From Heterodontus francisci (Eukaryota), in NCBI RefSeq assembly GCF_036365525.1, contig NC_090399.1, positions 15,189,558-15,253,557 on the forward strand: a DNA stretch of 64,000 nucleotides, given 5' to 3'. The translations under genes were made by a program, and so were the position numbers. The notes beneath the pieces are model-generated. The model made no database searches. It saw only the letters and a list, made by a program, of their open reading frames with translations, and was not told the DNA's origin. The first letter of the stretch is position 1. Every line of letters begins with the position of its first letter. Below are positions 24,111 through 36,269 of this stretch, in pieces.

Positions 24111-27100
24111 TGCTATGTTAAGGGAACAAAATCCTCTTTATTTTTAGACAATCAGAACTTCATACAGCACTGCAGAAGCTCTGACCAATGTCTTGTATAA
24201 CAATACATATCTTTAGACCAACATTCCATCCTCCTGCGAATACAGCTTAGTAATTACCCTTTTTTGATAATTGCACTTAAAGGTTTGCTTTTGATTTCAT
24301 GGATTATAAAATTCCTATATCTCTTTCAGGATTATCGTGCCCGTCACTGCCGTATTCATGAAATTCAGTTTCTTTGTGTTTCTTATTTCAATTTAATTTT
24401 CTTCTGTCAGTGGATGTAGCCGTGGCTGGCAAAGGCAGCAGGTATTTGCCAATCCTAATTGCCTTTAACTGGGAGGCTTGCTAGGCCATTTCAGAGAGCA
24501 GTTTAGAGTCAATCACGTTGCTGTGGGTCTGGATTCACATATAGACAAGAACGAGAAGATTTAGCTCCTTAAAGGACATTGGTGAACCAAGTGGTTCATA
24601 TGACAATCTAGTAGGATCATGGTCACCATTGAGAAGTACTAGTTGTAGATTCTAGATTTATTTATTAACTCAATTTAAATTGCGCAACTGCCCTGGAGAG
24701 TTTTGACATGTACCAGGATCTGGATCTTGGTGGGCAGATGGAGGGTTGTGGGTCGAGGAGTGCATGGAAAGGAGTGAGGTTGATTGTATAATGGCGTGAA
24801 CTCAGAGTGGAGAGGGTGACTGGCGGTAGAGTTCAGGGGAAGAACAGGTGAGCGGATATGAGTTCCACGCTGAACAACTGGGGTAGGAGAGTTGGCAAAC
24901 GCAGGAAAAGAATCATTGCGAAGGGAGGAACGGCATCTGATGGATGGCCTTCATCTTCAACTTTCCATGAGCTCATTCAAGAGTGATCACCAAGACAAAC
25001 TGAACTGAAGATAAAAGATACATTGCACTAGTTTGAAAATAAGATTGTAAAATATACAGGGCGAGATGTAATGTAAAGCATCATTTAGTGGTCAAGCGTG
25101 CATTTGTCTTCGGATTTCTATTTCGATTTCATTCTTGTTATTTAACAGAGACAGAGATCAATAACTAGGCGCTCCCCCTTCACACAAAGGGACAGGGACA
25201 TCAGTGATCAAGTTGCACCCTGTTGCTTTTGCGCAGATTCTAGTCCTGAGGTTGCATATACAGTGTTAGAGGTTGGCGGCCCAGCTTTATTGGAGACAAT
25301 GAAGGACATGTAAATGTAGGATTCAAAAATTAGTTTCCGTTTCCATATTTTAATGTTTGATTTCAGTATAATACAACGGGGAAGATGAAAATCTGTATAT
25401 TTTAGCGAGAAAGTACTTTAAAGGCCTCGAATGAGCGGGAACAATCTTGCCACGTGGTTTATTAGTCAGTTGGTGTAATATGATTGTTGTTTTAGCGTCA
25501 ATCACTATGCATCCTAAATTCTTAAAAGAATATATGGGTGTGATTGACATCTGCCAAGGTGGAAGAATCTGCTACTAAATTTAAAGTCATGCAATATTTT
25601 GATGATTCCCCCAAATTTTCCTTTAGTGCCAACATAAAGAAAGTAATTATGTCTTCAGGCATCTCTGCTCAAATATCATTATATTTCATTTGCAGCGGTT
25701 GCTTAACGAAAATCGTGGTTATATTATCAGTAAATTCCCATCCGTTAATGCAAATACAATGGTGTCACAACATATTTTTATGTCAGTGAAAGGATAACTT
25801 TAAAAAGGCATGATATTTAATGTGAATACCGTAGTAAGTTCATACTTGGTCACAATGTGGGGCAAGTTCAGTAAAGGCAGGTCTTTAAACGTGTTCAAAA
25901 GTGACTTGAAATGCTGCTGATGTTCAGATTCTCATTTTACACGTTAGCTCATTTACTTCTACAAACTTTGTAAACCGACATGCGGCTATTGTACTTCGTA
26001 CGTGACTGAGCTCAGATCAGCGTCGAGTCTGTTCAGGCTGTGTGCTGCTGGGCATGTTAGTTATTTTAGAACTAGAGTCACTATTTATAATAGGCTGAAG
26101 TATGTCCGCAAAGCGTTCACATTAGATCCGTTTATTGAACCCACTAACGGGCAGAAAATATCTATCAGAAAGAGCTCATCTTTATCAAAGTTCAGCTTCC
26201 TGCACTTAAAAAAAAATCATTCTTGGTATCCAGGTGCCACATTTAATACCCTATCCGATTATCCTCCCGTGCGGAGGAAAGGGGAAATCTCGCTAGAACT
26301 TTCTAACTTTCCAGTCTTTTCAGGCGGAAGTTTGCGTTAGTGCATTTCAGCTATTTCTTACAAAGGTCAGCTATTCACTCAAAAAGGAATGGATCAATTT
26401 AAACAGGAGTTTTCCAGACTGGAATTCTCACCGGGGCTATGGAATTCAGACACCGCTCAGCGCCAGTGAAAATGTGCTGTAAGTGGCCATTTGACGCGCG
26501 TATTAAAATATAGCACGCGAATGGCTCGACCGATCTTTACTAATTCCCCCAGTTGCGCACAAACTTCACGGGTTCGGTGTCTTTGTCACGTTGGAGACAT
26601 CCGGGTAACACAGCCGGGGGCATTTGCTAAAACATTCGCAGCTAAATAAGAAGCCGAAAAACGTGCGGCCTAATTGATAAGTCGCATATGGGATGGTATA
26701 AAATTTATTGGCAATCGTGGCTCAATGAGTAGCACTGGGTTAGAAAGTGGTTGGTCCTACTCCAGAGATTCGAGCACAACAAATTTAAACTGATATTTGA
26801 GTGCAGTACAGAGCATCCGTAAACGGCGTCTTTTAGAAGAAACATTAAAACGAGGCGCCGTCTGCTCTTTCAGATGCATGCAATTGATCCCGTGGATCTA
26901 TTTTGAAGAGTAGGGGAGCTACCCCCGGTGTCCTAATCCCTATTTATCCCCCAATCAAATTTATTACGCAAAAACAGATTATCTGGTCGTTATCATATTG
27001 CTGTTGTGGGAAATTGTAGGGCGCAAATTGGCTGTTGCGTTTCCTACATTGCAACAAGTGATTCAACGACAAAGAGTGGCTATAAACCGAGACGGGAAGT

Positions 27101-27769
27101 CATTTCCTATTTACTCTACCAATACCCTACATGTTTTTAAAACTTCTATTCAATCGATTCCTAATCTGGTCAAGTGGCCAATGGAAGGAAATATGGATCA
27201 ATGGGCGATCACGTCTACATGACCTGTTGTTTACTATCGTCAATTTAATTGACTCCATTGAATGGTGAATTCAGGTTTGCTTGACATTTTTCACTTCGTG
27301 TATCATAATTACCTACACTAGATGAACAGTAAGGTCTGCATACATTGAAACTCTGAACTAATGTTAGCTAGAGTCTCATATTGAACAAAAATAGCTTCAC
27401 ACCTTAATTACTAGAATGTAGATAAACCTTGCAGACCACAATGAATTATAGTTTATCAACTGCAATATAGGATTGTCGAAAATAAACATGGCCTGCACAC
27501 TGTGACAAAATAAAGCGACATATACTGTTCTTTAATTATTTATTCACTCTTCGCTGCCATGATTTCCGGGAAATCTTAGTTTTGATGTTGGATTATCATC
27601 TCCCAATCCACTTGCAACGATCCACCAATTCCTAAAATATATCAGAAATAGTGACCATTTATCATTATTGGATTTCCTCATCGAAAATGTTGAGCAAAAA
27701 TTTTAGGCGGGCTTATCCATGTTTAAACAGCAACTAGCTTGTCGGATAGACACTGGCCATTCTTGTCAA

Positions 27770-29170
27770 ACCAGTAAAGGCCAATCAGTCTAACTTCAGT
27801 AATGGGCAAATTATTGAAATCAATTCTGAGAGACAGAACAAACTGCTACTTCGAAAGGCACGGAATAATCAAGTGCAGTCAGCATGGATTTGTTAAAGGA
27901 AGATATTATCTGACCAACATGATTGATTTTTTTTTAAGAAGTAACAAGGAAGATAGATTAGGGTAGTGCAGTTGTTGTGGTCTACAAGGATGTTAGCAAG
28001 GCTTTTGACAAGGTCCCAAATGGCAGACTGGTTAAAAATATAAAATCCTATGGGATCCAGGGAAATGTAGCAAGATGGATACAAAATTGGCTCAGTGGCA
28101 GGAAACAACGGGTAATTGTTGATGGGCGTTTTAGCGACTGGGGGGCTGTTTCCAGTGGCGTTCCGTTGTGCTCAGTACTGGGTCCCCTGCTTTTTGTGCT
28201 ATTTATTAACGATTTAGGCGTAAATGTAGGGGGCATGATCAAGAGGTTTGCAGACGACACAAAGATTGGCCATATGCTAGATAGCAAGGAGGATATCTGC
28301 AGGCTGCAGGAAGATATTGATGGTCTGGTCAGATGGGCAGAGAAGTGGCAAATGGAATTCAACATGGAGAAGTGTGAGGTGGTGCATTTGGAGAAGTCAA
28401 ACAAGGCAAAGGAATGCAAGATTAATGGGAAAATACTGAGAAGTGCGGAGTAAGTGGGGGATCTTGGAGTGAATGTTCACAGATCCATGAAGGTTGCAAG
28501 ACAGGTTGATAAGTTGGTTAGGAAGGCATGTAGAATCCTTGCCTTTATTACCCAAGGTATAGAATATAAGAGCAGGGAGGTTATGCTGGAACTGTATAAC
28601 TCATTGGTTCGGCCACAACTTGAGTACTGTGTGCAGTTCTGGTCACCTCATTACAGAAAGTATGTAATTGCACTAGACAGAGTGCAGAGGGGATTTCCGA
28701 GGATGTTGCCAGGTCTGGATAAATGCAGCTATGAGGAAAGGTTGGATAGGCTGGGGTTGATCTCCTTGGAACAGGGAAGGCTGAAGGGAGATCTGATTGA
28801 AATGTACATAGTGTTGAGGGGCCTGGATAGTGTGGAGGTGAAAGGCCTATTTACCTTAGCAGAGAGGTCAGTGACTACGTGGCATAGATTTAAAGTGATT
28901 TGTAGAAAGATTAGAGCGGAGATGAGGAAAGATTTTTTTCACCCAGAGGGTAGCGGGGTCTGAAACTCACTGCCTGAAAGGGTAGTTCAGGCAGAAACCC
29001 AAAATTCAAAATGAGGCTGGACATGTACCTCAAGTGCTATAATCTGTAGGGCTAGGCACCACATGCTAGAAGGTAGGATTAGACTGGGTGGATTGTTTTT
29101 CAGCCGGCAGAGTCACGATGGGAAAATGGCCTCTTTCTGTGCTGTAAACTTTCTCTGATTCTATGATTCA
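27770..29170 (+). mobile_element. CR1 RT/3' fragment with stops
   Basis: KAFDKVP, FADDTK and RPQLEYCVQFW. Confidence 0.92.
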
Positions 29171-29639
29171 AAAGACAGGTGATTGTAATTGAAGGAACTA
29201 AGTGTAGCTATTTCCAACTTGGTGGTATTAAGTTAGAAGACAGGCTCCAGAACGTCTACAACTGAAGAAGGTCACTCACCTGAAACGTTAACGCTGCTTC
29301 TCTCTCCACAGATGCTACCAGACCTGAAACGTTAGCTCACTGATTTTTTTTTTAGGTTCACCCCCTTCAACTGCAGGTAATGTCCTTGTGTTCTAGTCTT
29401 CAGAACAAAGTGAACTAGCTTGTCATAGTCCAAGTTTTCCAGTCCCTGTAGTATTCTAAAAAGCTGCATTTGCTGACAACGCTATCACCAGGTCGCGCTG
29501 CAGTGGCACAAGCGTAAATGAAGCATGTGCCGCTAAAACGTCACAGCCTGTGACTTCAGGCAGCTGCCAGGACTAAAGATGGCGCTGCTCAAATAATCAC
29601 ACGAAGGCAACCTAACCTAAACACATGACAGCACACAAT

Positions 29640-31490
29640 GGTGGGAGAGAGAGAGCAAGCGAGCAAGCAGGCCGGAGATGGGGGGGGGGGTGGGGGCCGA
29701 AAATGGGGGGTGCTGGAAGCGGGCCAGAGATGGGGGGGGGGGAGCGGACCAGGGATGGGGGGGGCGCAGGCTGGGAACGGGCGGGGAGTGGGCTGGGGCC
29801 GTGGGGTGGGGAAGCGTGCCAGGGATGGGGGCGAGCGAGCGAGAGGGCTGGGGATGGGGGGGTGGTGGTGCAGAGTGGCTGGAGAGAGCAGGGAGGGGGG
29901 GAGCGGGGCGGCCAAGAGTGAGCAGCAAGGGAAGGTGTGGAGTGGCCAGAGAGCAGCGAGGGTGGAGCGGAGTAGTTGGAGAGAGCAGCGGGGGGGGGGG
30001 GGAGCGGCCTGAGAGAGCAGCGAGGTGAGCAGCAGAGCTGCCGGAGAGAACAGCGAAGGGGGGGGGGGGAGCCGCTAGAGAGAGCAGTGAGGGGGGGGGG
30101 GGGAGCAAAGCAGCCAGAAAGAGCGGAGCTGCCGGAGAGAACAGCAAGGGGGGGGGAGCGGAGAAGCCAGAAAGAGCGGAGCTGCCGGAGAGAACAGCAA
30201 GGGGGGGAGTGGAGCAGCAGGAGAGAGAAGCGAGAGGGGAGCGGAGCAGCCGGAGAGAGAAGCGAGGGGAGGGTGGAGCGATTGGAGCGAGCAGTGGGGG
30301 GGGGGGGGGGAAGCAGCCTGAGAGAGCAGCAAGGTGAGCAGCAGAGCGGCCAGAGAGAGCAGCGAAGGGGGGAGAGCCGCTAGAGAGAGCAGTGAGGGGG
30401 GGGAGCGAAGCAGCCAGAAAGAGCAGAGCTGCCGGAGAGAACAGCGAGGGTGGAACGGAGTGGTTGGAGAGAGCAGCGGGGGGGGGGGGGGGAGCGGCCT
30501 GAGAGAGCAGCGAGGTGAGCAGCAGAGCTGCCGGAGAGAACAGCGAAGGGCGGGGGGGGAGCCGCTAGAGAGAGCAGTGAGGGGAGGGGGGGGAGCAAAG
30601 CAGCCAGAAAGAGCGGAGCTGCCGGAGAGAACAGCAAGGGGGGGAGCGGAGAAGCCAGAAAGAGCAGAGCTGCCGGAGAGAACAGCAAGGGGGGGAGTGG
30701 AGCAGCAGGAGAGAGAAGCGAGAGGGGAGCGGAGCAGCCGGAGAGGGAAGCGAGGGGAGGGTGGAGCGATTGGAGCGAGCAGTGGGGGGGGGGGGGGGGA
30801 GCGGCCTGAGAGAGCAGCAAGGTGAGCAGCAGAGCGGCCGGAGAGAGCAGCGAAGGGGGGAGAGCCGCTAGAGAGAACAGCGAGGGGGGGAGCGGAGCAG
30901 CCGGAGAGAGAAGCGAGAGGGGAGGGGAGCAGCCGGAGAAAGAAGCGAGGGGGGACTGGAGCGGTTGGAGAGAGCAGCGGGGGGGGGGCGGGGTGAGCGG
31001 CCTGAGAGAGCAGCAAGGTGAGCAGCAGAGCGGCAGGAGAGAGAAGCGAGAGGGGAGCGGAGCAGCCGGAGAGAGAAGCGAGGGGGGACTGGAGCGGTTG
31101 GAGAGAGCAGCGGGGGGGCGGGGTGAGCGGCCTGAGAGAGCAGCAAGGTGAGCAGCAGAGCGGCCGGAGAGAGAAGCGAGAGGGGAGCGGAGCAGCCGGA
31201 GAGAGAAGAGAGGGGGGAGTGGAGAGGTTGGAGAGAGCAGCGGGGGGGGAGGGGGAGGGGGAACGGCCGGAGAGAACAGCGAGGGGGGGTTCGGAGCAGC
31301 CGGAGAGAGCACCGAGAGGGGGGAGCGGAGTGGCGGGAGACAGCAGCAAGGTGGGGGGAGCGGAGCGGCCGGAAAGAGCGGGGCAGTCGGAGACAGCAGC
31401 GAGGAGGGGGAGTGGAGCGGCCGGAGACAGCAGCGAGGGTTGGGGGTCGGGGGGTGGGGAGCGGAGCGGTAGGAGAGAGCAGGGAAGCTT
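29640..31490 (+). repeat. GC/purine-rich complex tandem array (about 30-bp ggagcggccggagagagcagcg(g)n units) with about 488-bp higher-order duplication
   Basis: Direct; e.g. 30203 and 30691 repeat. Confidence 0.95.
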
Positions 31491-31995
31491 GACGCATGGG
31501 TTAGCTGCATGGCTATCGCGTAAAGTGCATGCGCAGAGTCATACCAGGCCCGTTGCCTGAAGATACACACGTCACGCTAACGCAGCGCACGCGCACAGAA
31601 CAGGCGACCGTCTGCGCATATCCGCATATGTGCACCTTGGCGCTGCCTGATGACGTCAGTGGCCGGCTGCGTTGTCAGGAATCACTAATTCGAAAAACAT
31701 CAATCATATTCCCTCTCTACCTTTGGTTTTTCTACTTATACATAGCTCCTCATTATTCAATCCTTCCAGCTCCTCAATCATTCTGGTGGCTCTCTGCTGT
31801 ATCCTTTCAATAGCTGCAATATCTTTTTATTGCAAACTTTTTCATTGTGCTTACCTGAGTATATCTGCTGTAATAGAATGACAATGACGTTATTCCATAC
31901 GTTGGCTCTCCTGAAGTGCCAACGTTGCAAAGGGATGAGACATTGGCGCTACATGCTGGCACACATCATTCACACAGAGAAAAGGACACACATGT

Positions 31996-32346
31996 TAAAG
32001 GGCTGCTCGGGTCTGCAATTGAAACCCGACCCGAGCCTGACAGGACCACATCTGACCCGAGCCTGACCCAGCCCAAGTCCTATCACTTTTTCCCATGCCC
32101 AACCCAACTTGACCACCGAAATATGATCAACTTTATTGAAGTGGTTGTGCTCTACCTTGGATGGAATCGCTTATTGCAGACTAGTGCGGAGTATTTCCCA
32201 CCTTGACGTCCTGGCTGTCATTGTGTCCAACCCTGCCTGACCCAGCCCGAGCCCGAATGCCGGACCCAGAAGAGCGACCCGATCCAACCCGAACCTGACA
32301 CATGTCGTCGGGTCCCGTCGGGTTCAGGTCAGGTAGCCATGCTCTA
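31996..32346. mobile_element. hAT-type MITE with 8-bp TSD ACACATGT
   Basis: TSD at 31988-31995 and 32347-32354; acccga subterminal motifs; imperfect TIRs. Confidence 0.75.
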
Positions 32347-32589
32347 ACACATGTTGGTGAGGCACACTTAGTGAAAGACATATTTACATTGCTATGACAC
32401 TCGTGCTATCCCATTTGTGTCAGTGTGTTCTCTGTAAATGGAGAGGTTGCCCCTTCTTGGTGCGACCTCTGTGCTAGCAGCCTGACTGGAGGAAGGCTGC
32501 TGATCTGATTACTATTTGGTTGTGGATGACTTTGGCACTCGTACCCTGTGTGCACAAGGCCTAGTGGGCTCCGGCTGGCTGGAGGAATG

Positions 32590-32830
32590 CTCGTTCATCC
32601 CTTTGCAGCATTGGACCCTTTGATAGTGGATGGCCCCACGGCTATTCACCTCCTCTGTCATCTTCAGCCAGACTGTCCTGTTCAGGCGTAAGGGTCTCTT
32701 CTTACCATCACTGGTGAAAAGGACCTCCCACCTTGCCCGCACAGCCTGGAGGAGAGTGACCAGGGAAGCATCGCTGAACTGTGGGGCCACTCTAGTGTAC
32801 CCCTCTGCCATCCCTCGCTTCTTGTGTGGT
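32590..32830 (-). mobile_element. PIF/Harbinger Myb/SANT-like DNA-binding protein fragment
   Basis: APQFSDASLVTLLQAV..EVLF...W..M.EEVN...QC.K.MN pattern. Confidence 0.65.
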
Positions 32831-33867
32831 CCTTTAAATGCAAAGGTGACTCCACCATGTAACAGCTCTAACTTCTGGCTGCAAGGTTTGTCTTGCACAT
32901 GTTTGAAAACCAATGCAGGACTGGTGGGGAAATCTGTGCTGTTGGTATGGTTTTTCAACTATTACACATCGACATACGTTTATGAACACTTTGCTTCTGC
33001 AGCAACTTATCATATTTCTTGGTGTAATATGTCTAGTTGGCAATGCAACTAGAACATGAACATATTTTCCTGTTTTTAACAAAGATCGTATAATTGCAGA
33101 GACATGTATTTTCACATAACAGCAGAGAAATGAATACAGATTCAACATGCATATTAGTCTGCAGCTTTTCACAGTCAGATGAGTAGACGCTCATAGTAAG
33201 TAATTATTCTTCAATTATTTTTCTGCTGTGTATTTTCTTTTATGGTATATTTAAGTCTCACGTCCTGGAATGTGCAAAATTAAGATTACTCACCCAGGTG
33301 CAGCACGCCTACAAGAAGGAATGTTACACTTGAGTGAGAGAAGAGGATCGCAACGTCACAGGAGACGCTGGGATACAGCAGGGTAAGTATGTGGCAGTAA
33401 GACAGAAAGTGCTAGGGTAATTCAGCAGGTCAGGCAGCATCTGTGGCGAGAGAAGCAGAGTTAACTTTCAGGTCTGTGAACTTGGTCACGTTGACTCTGC
33501 TTCTCTCTCCACAGATGCTGCCTCACTTGCTGAGTTTCTCCAGCACTTTCTCCTTTGCTGCCAGATTGACAGCAGTCCCACTCTTCAGCAATCAGGTAAG
33601 TATTTATTTGACAACTGTCAAGAAGCGGGTGATGGGGCGCTTAAAATAGGGCCCCGGCACCTGCTGCACAGTTGTCAAAATGTCTCTCACTGCGCGGAAT
33701 GTCCCGACTCTCACCACGTAATGAGGGGCTGGCGGCTGGGCGCAGTGATGCTGTTGAGCCCAGTGCGAAATATTGCAGGAGCTCTGTGGCGGCAGCTAAA
33801 TGCGGGCACCCCGCTGAGTTTAAAGGGCGCCGCCGCGCATAGCTGCGCCCAAATAAATTTCAGCCCA

Positions 33868-34260
33868 CTGTGTCGTCAATGCAAAGCCCATAAATAATGT
33901 CACCGGTGGAGTCCACACTCAAGGGGTTGACAGTGTTCCTCTGTAAACAACATCACATCTAATCTCTCCTGCTGCGTGTTCATCGACCATGGTTTTAGTT
34001 CAGCAAATTAATAATATACAGCTGGTTCTTTTTCTGCTAATCACAGTTTAGTCAGCTTATAATATTTGTTATGTTACTTGTACCACTTGTTACCATATAA
34101 TATTTTAGTTAATTTAGACGACGCGCTACAATATAATGCATATTGACTTATGCTCGTCGTTATATACGACTGCGTCATTATAAATATGATATTGACATGA
34201 GTTTAAATTGAATACTTTGCGCACGATTAGAATTTTGAAAAGAATTTCAGACTGCGTTTG
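33868..34260 (+). repeat. Second copy of the block at 2549-2945
   Basis: Direct similarity by eye. Confidence 0.85.
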
Positions 34261-35269
34261 GGGACACAGGTAAGATGTGACACAACTCTGCAAGCAAACA
34301 CATATATACCATAAAAAACAAGGTGCTTCGCCACACCATGCTTGTTTCAACTAATGTTCGGAGGGGAGCGGTGTATGAGCTCAAGTGATTTCTTTTAAAT
34401 GCTGACATCCTGAAAGCTGAGTGTAAGCTGAGCGCAATTTGCTTAATCATTATTTCCCATACCATGTAAGTAAGGAATATAGTTTAATAATCCCTGACAC
34501 CGATCCCAACATGGACTGGAGGTAGCAGGGCTGGTGGACACCGACTTTGAAGAAACAACTATTCATTATATCACACATGACTTCAGTTTAGCATCCGTTT
34601 CTTGCTGCCTCTTTGAACCTTGTTCGGTGATACTGGTTGAGCGAAGCGAAATATATTGCAACAACAATAAAATACATGGTCTGAAATCACAAAAGGTTGT
34701 TAAGGAACTAACCGCATTCTCACTTTTCATTCTCCAACAGGAAACAAGATACTTGCTGCATCATCGAGGGGTTATTAACTCGTTACGAATATTACAGAAT
34801 AAATGCGTGTTTCCACAGCAGACGGATCAACACTGAATCAGTCAAAAATGAGATAATATTTCAAATCAGTAAACGTTTCTGCAAATTAACATTTAGGCGT
34901 TGTTAGCTTGAAAAGGTCAAATGCGCCCAGTGATAATCGAGGCTGCAAAGCGTTCAAAACCAAACGAAAACAAAAACATTTTGAGGGCTTGTGAACTGTT
35001 TCCGCAATGTTTTAGCTGACAAAGTCTCTCCTGAGCTGTAAAAAAAAACTATCCCCCCAATTTACTTACAACTGCACTTTCAAATTCTCAGCTGACCAGC
35101 CTCTGGCCCTCCGTTCATCACATCTCTGCAGCCACTGATTTGTTGTACCGTACCCTCACTTTCACCTTTGATACCCTAGTCTTAAAATCATTAGTCTCTC
35201 TCATCCTGCCCATTCCTCCTGATTCGTCCTTCATCTCCTCTCCTTTAAGTCCATGGCACGCAGACCTTT

Positions 35270-36195
35270 TTTTCAACTTGTTTCATTGGATGGGAACAGC
35301 ACTAGCTAGGCCAACAGTTGTTGCCCATCCTTATTTGCCCTTGAGAAGGTGGTGGTGAGCTGTCTTCTTGAACTGCTGCAGTCCATGGAGGGTAGGTATA
35401 TCCACAGTGCTATTTGGGAGGGAGTTATAGGATTTTGACCCAGTGACAGTGAAGGAACGGCGATATAGTTCCAAGTCAGGATGGTGTGTGACTTGAAGGG
35501 GAACTTGCAAGTGGTGGTGTTCCCATGCAGCTGCTGCCCTTGTCATTGCAGGTGGAAGAGGTTAGGGGGTTGGAAGGTGCTGGCGAAGGAGGCATGATGA
35601 GTTGCTGCAGTGCATCTTATAGATGGTACACATTGCTACCACTGTGCGTCGGTGGTGGAGAGAGTGAATGTTTAAAGTGGTGGATGGGATGCCAGTCAAG
35701 CGGGCTGCTTTGTCCTGAATGGTGTCGAGCTTCTTGAGTGTTGTTGGAGCTGCACCCATCCAGGCAAGTGGAGAGTATTCCATCACACTCCTGACTTCTG
35801 CCTTGTAGATGGTGGACAGGCTTTGGGAGTCAGGAGCTGAGTTACTCATCGCAGAATTCCCAGCCTCTGAACTGCCCTTGTAGCCACGGTATTAATATGG
35901 CTGGTCCAGCTCAGTTTCTGGTGAATGGTAACACCCAGGATGTTGATTGGGTTAGAGTTATAGTTAGGGTTAGTGGAGGATTCAGCAATGGTAATGTCGT
36001 TTAATGTCACGAAGAGATAGTTTGATTCTCTCTTGCTGGAGATCGTCATTGCCTGGCACTTGTTTGGCGCAAATGTTATTTGCCCCTTATCATTTCACGC
36101 CTGAGTGTTGTCCAGGTCTTGCTGCATATGGACATGGACTGCTTCAGTATCTGAGTAGTTGCAAATGATGCTGAACAATATACAATCATCAGCAG
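35270..36195 (-). mobile_element. Family-B LINE 3' fragment
   Basis: VRSVMEYSPLAW motif and family tail. Confidence 0.85.
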
Positions 36196-36269
36196 AAGGA
36201 TATGGTTGACAACTGGTTTACCCATCCACCACTAGATCTGGCTGGTCCACTTAACTGACTTAAATCCCT

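Noticed and set aside
27564-27572. Consensus GAS/STAT site TTCCGGGAA
   Set aside because: About one match is expected by chance in 64 kb, and there is no paralogous support
29589-31570. Many long ORFs (up to 424 aa) on both strands
   Set aside because: Low-complexity GC-rich tandem repeat lacking stop codons; no domain
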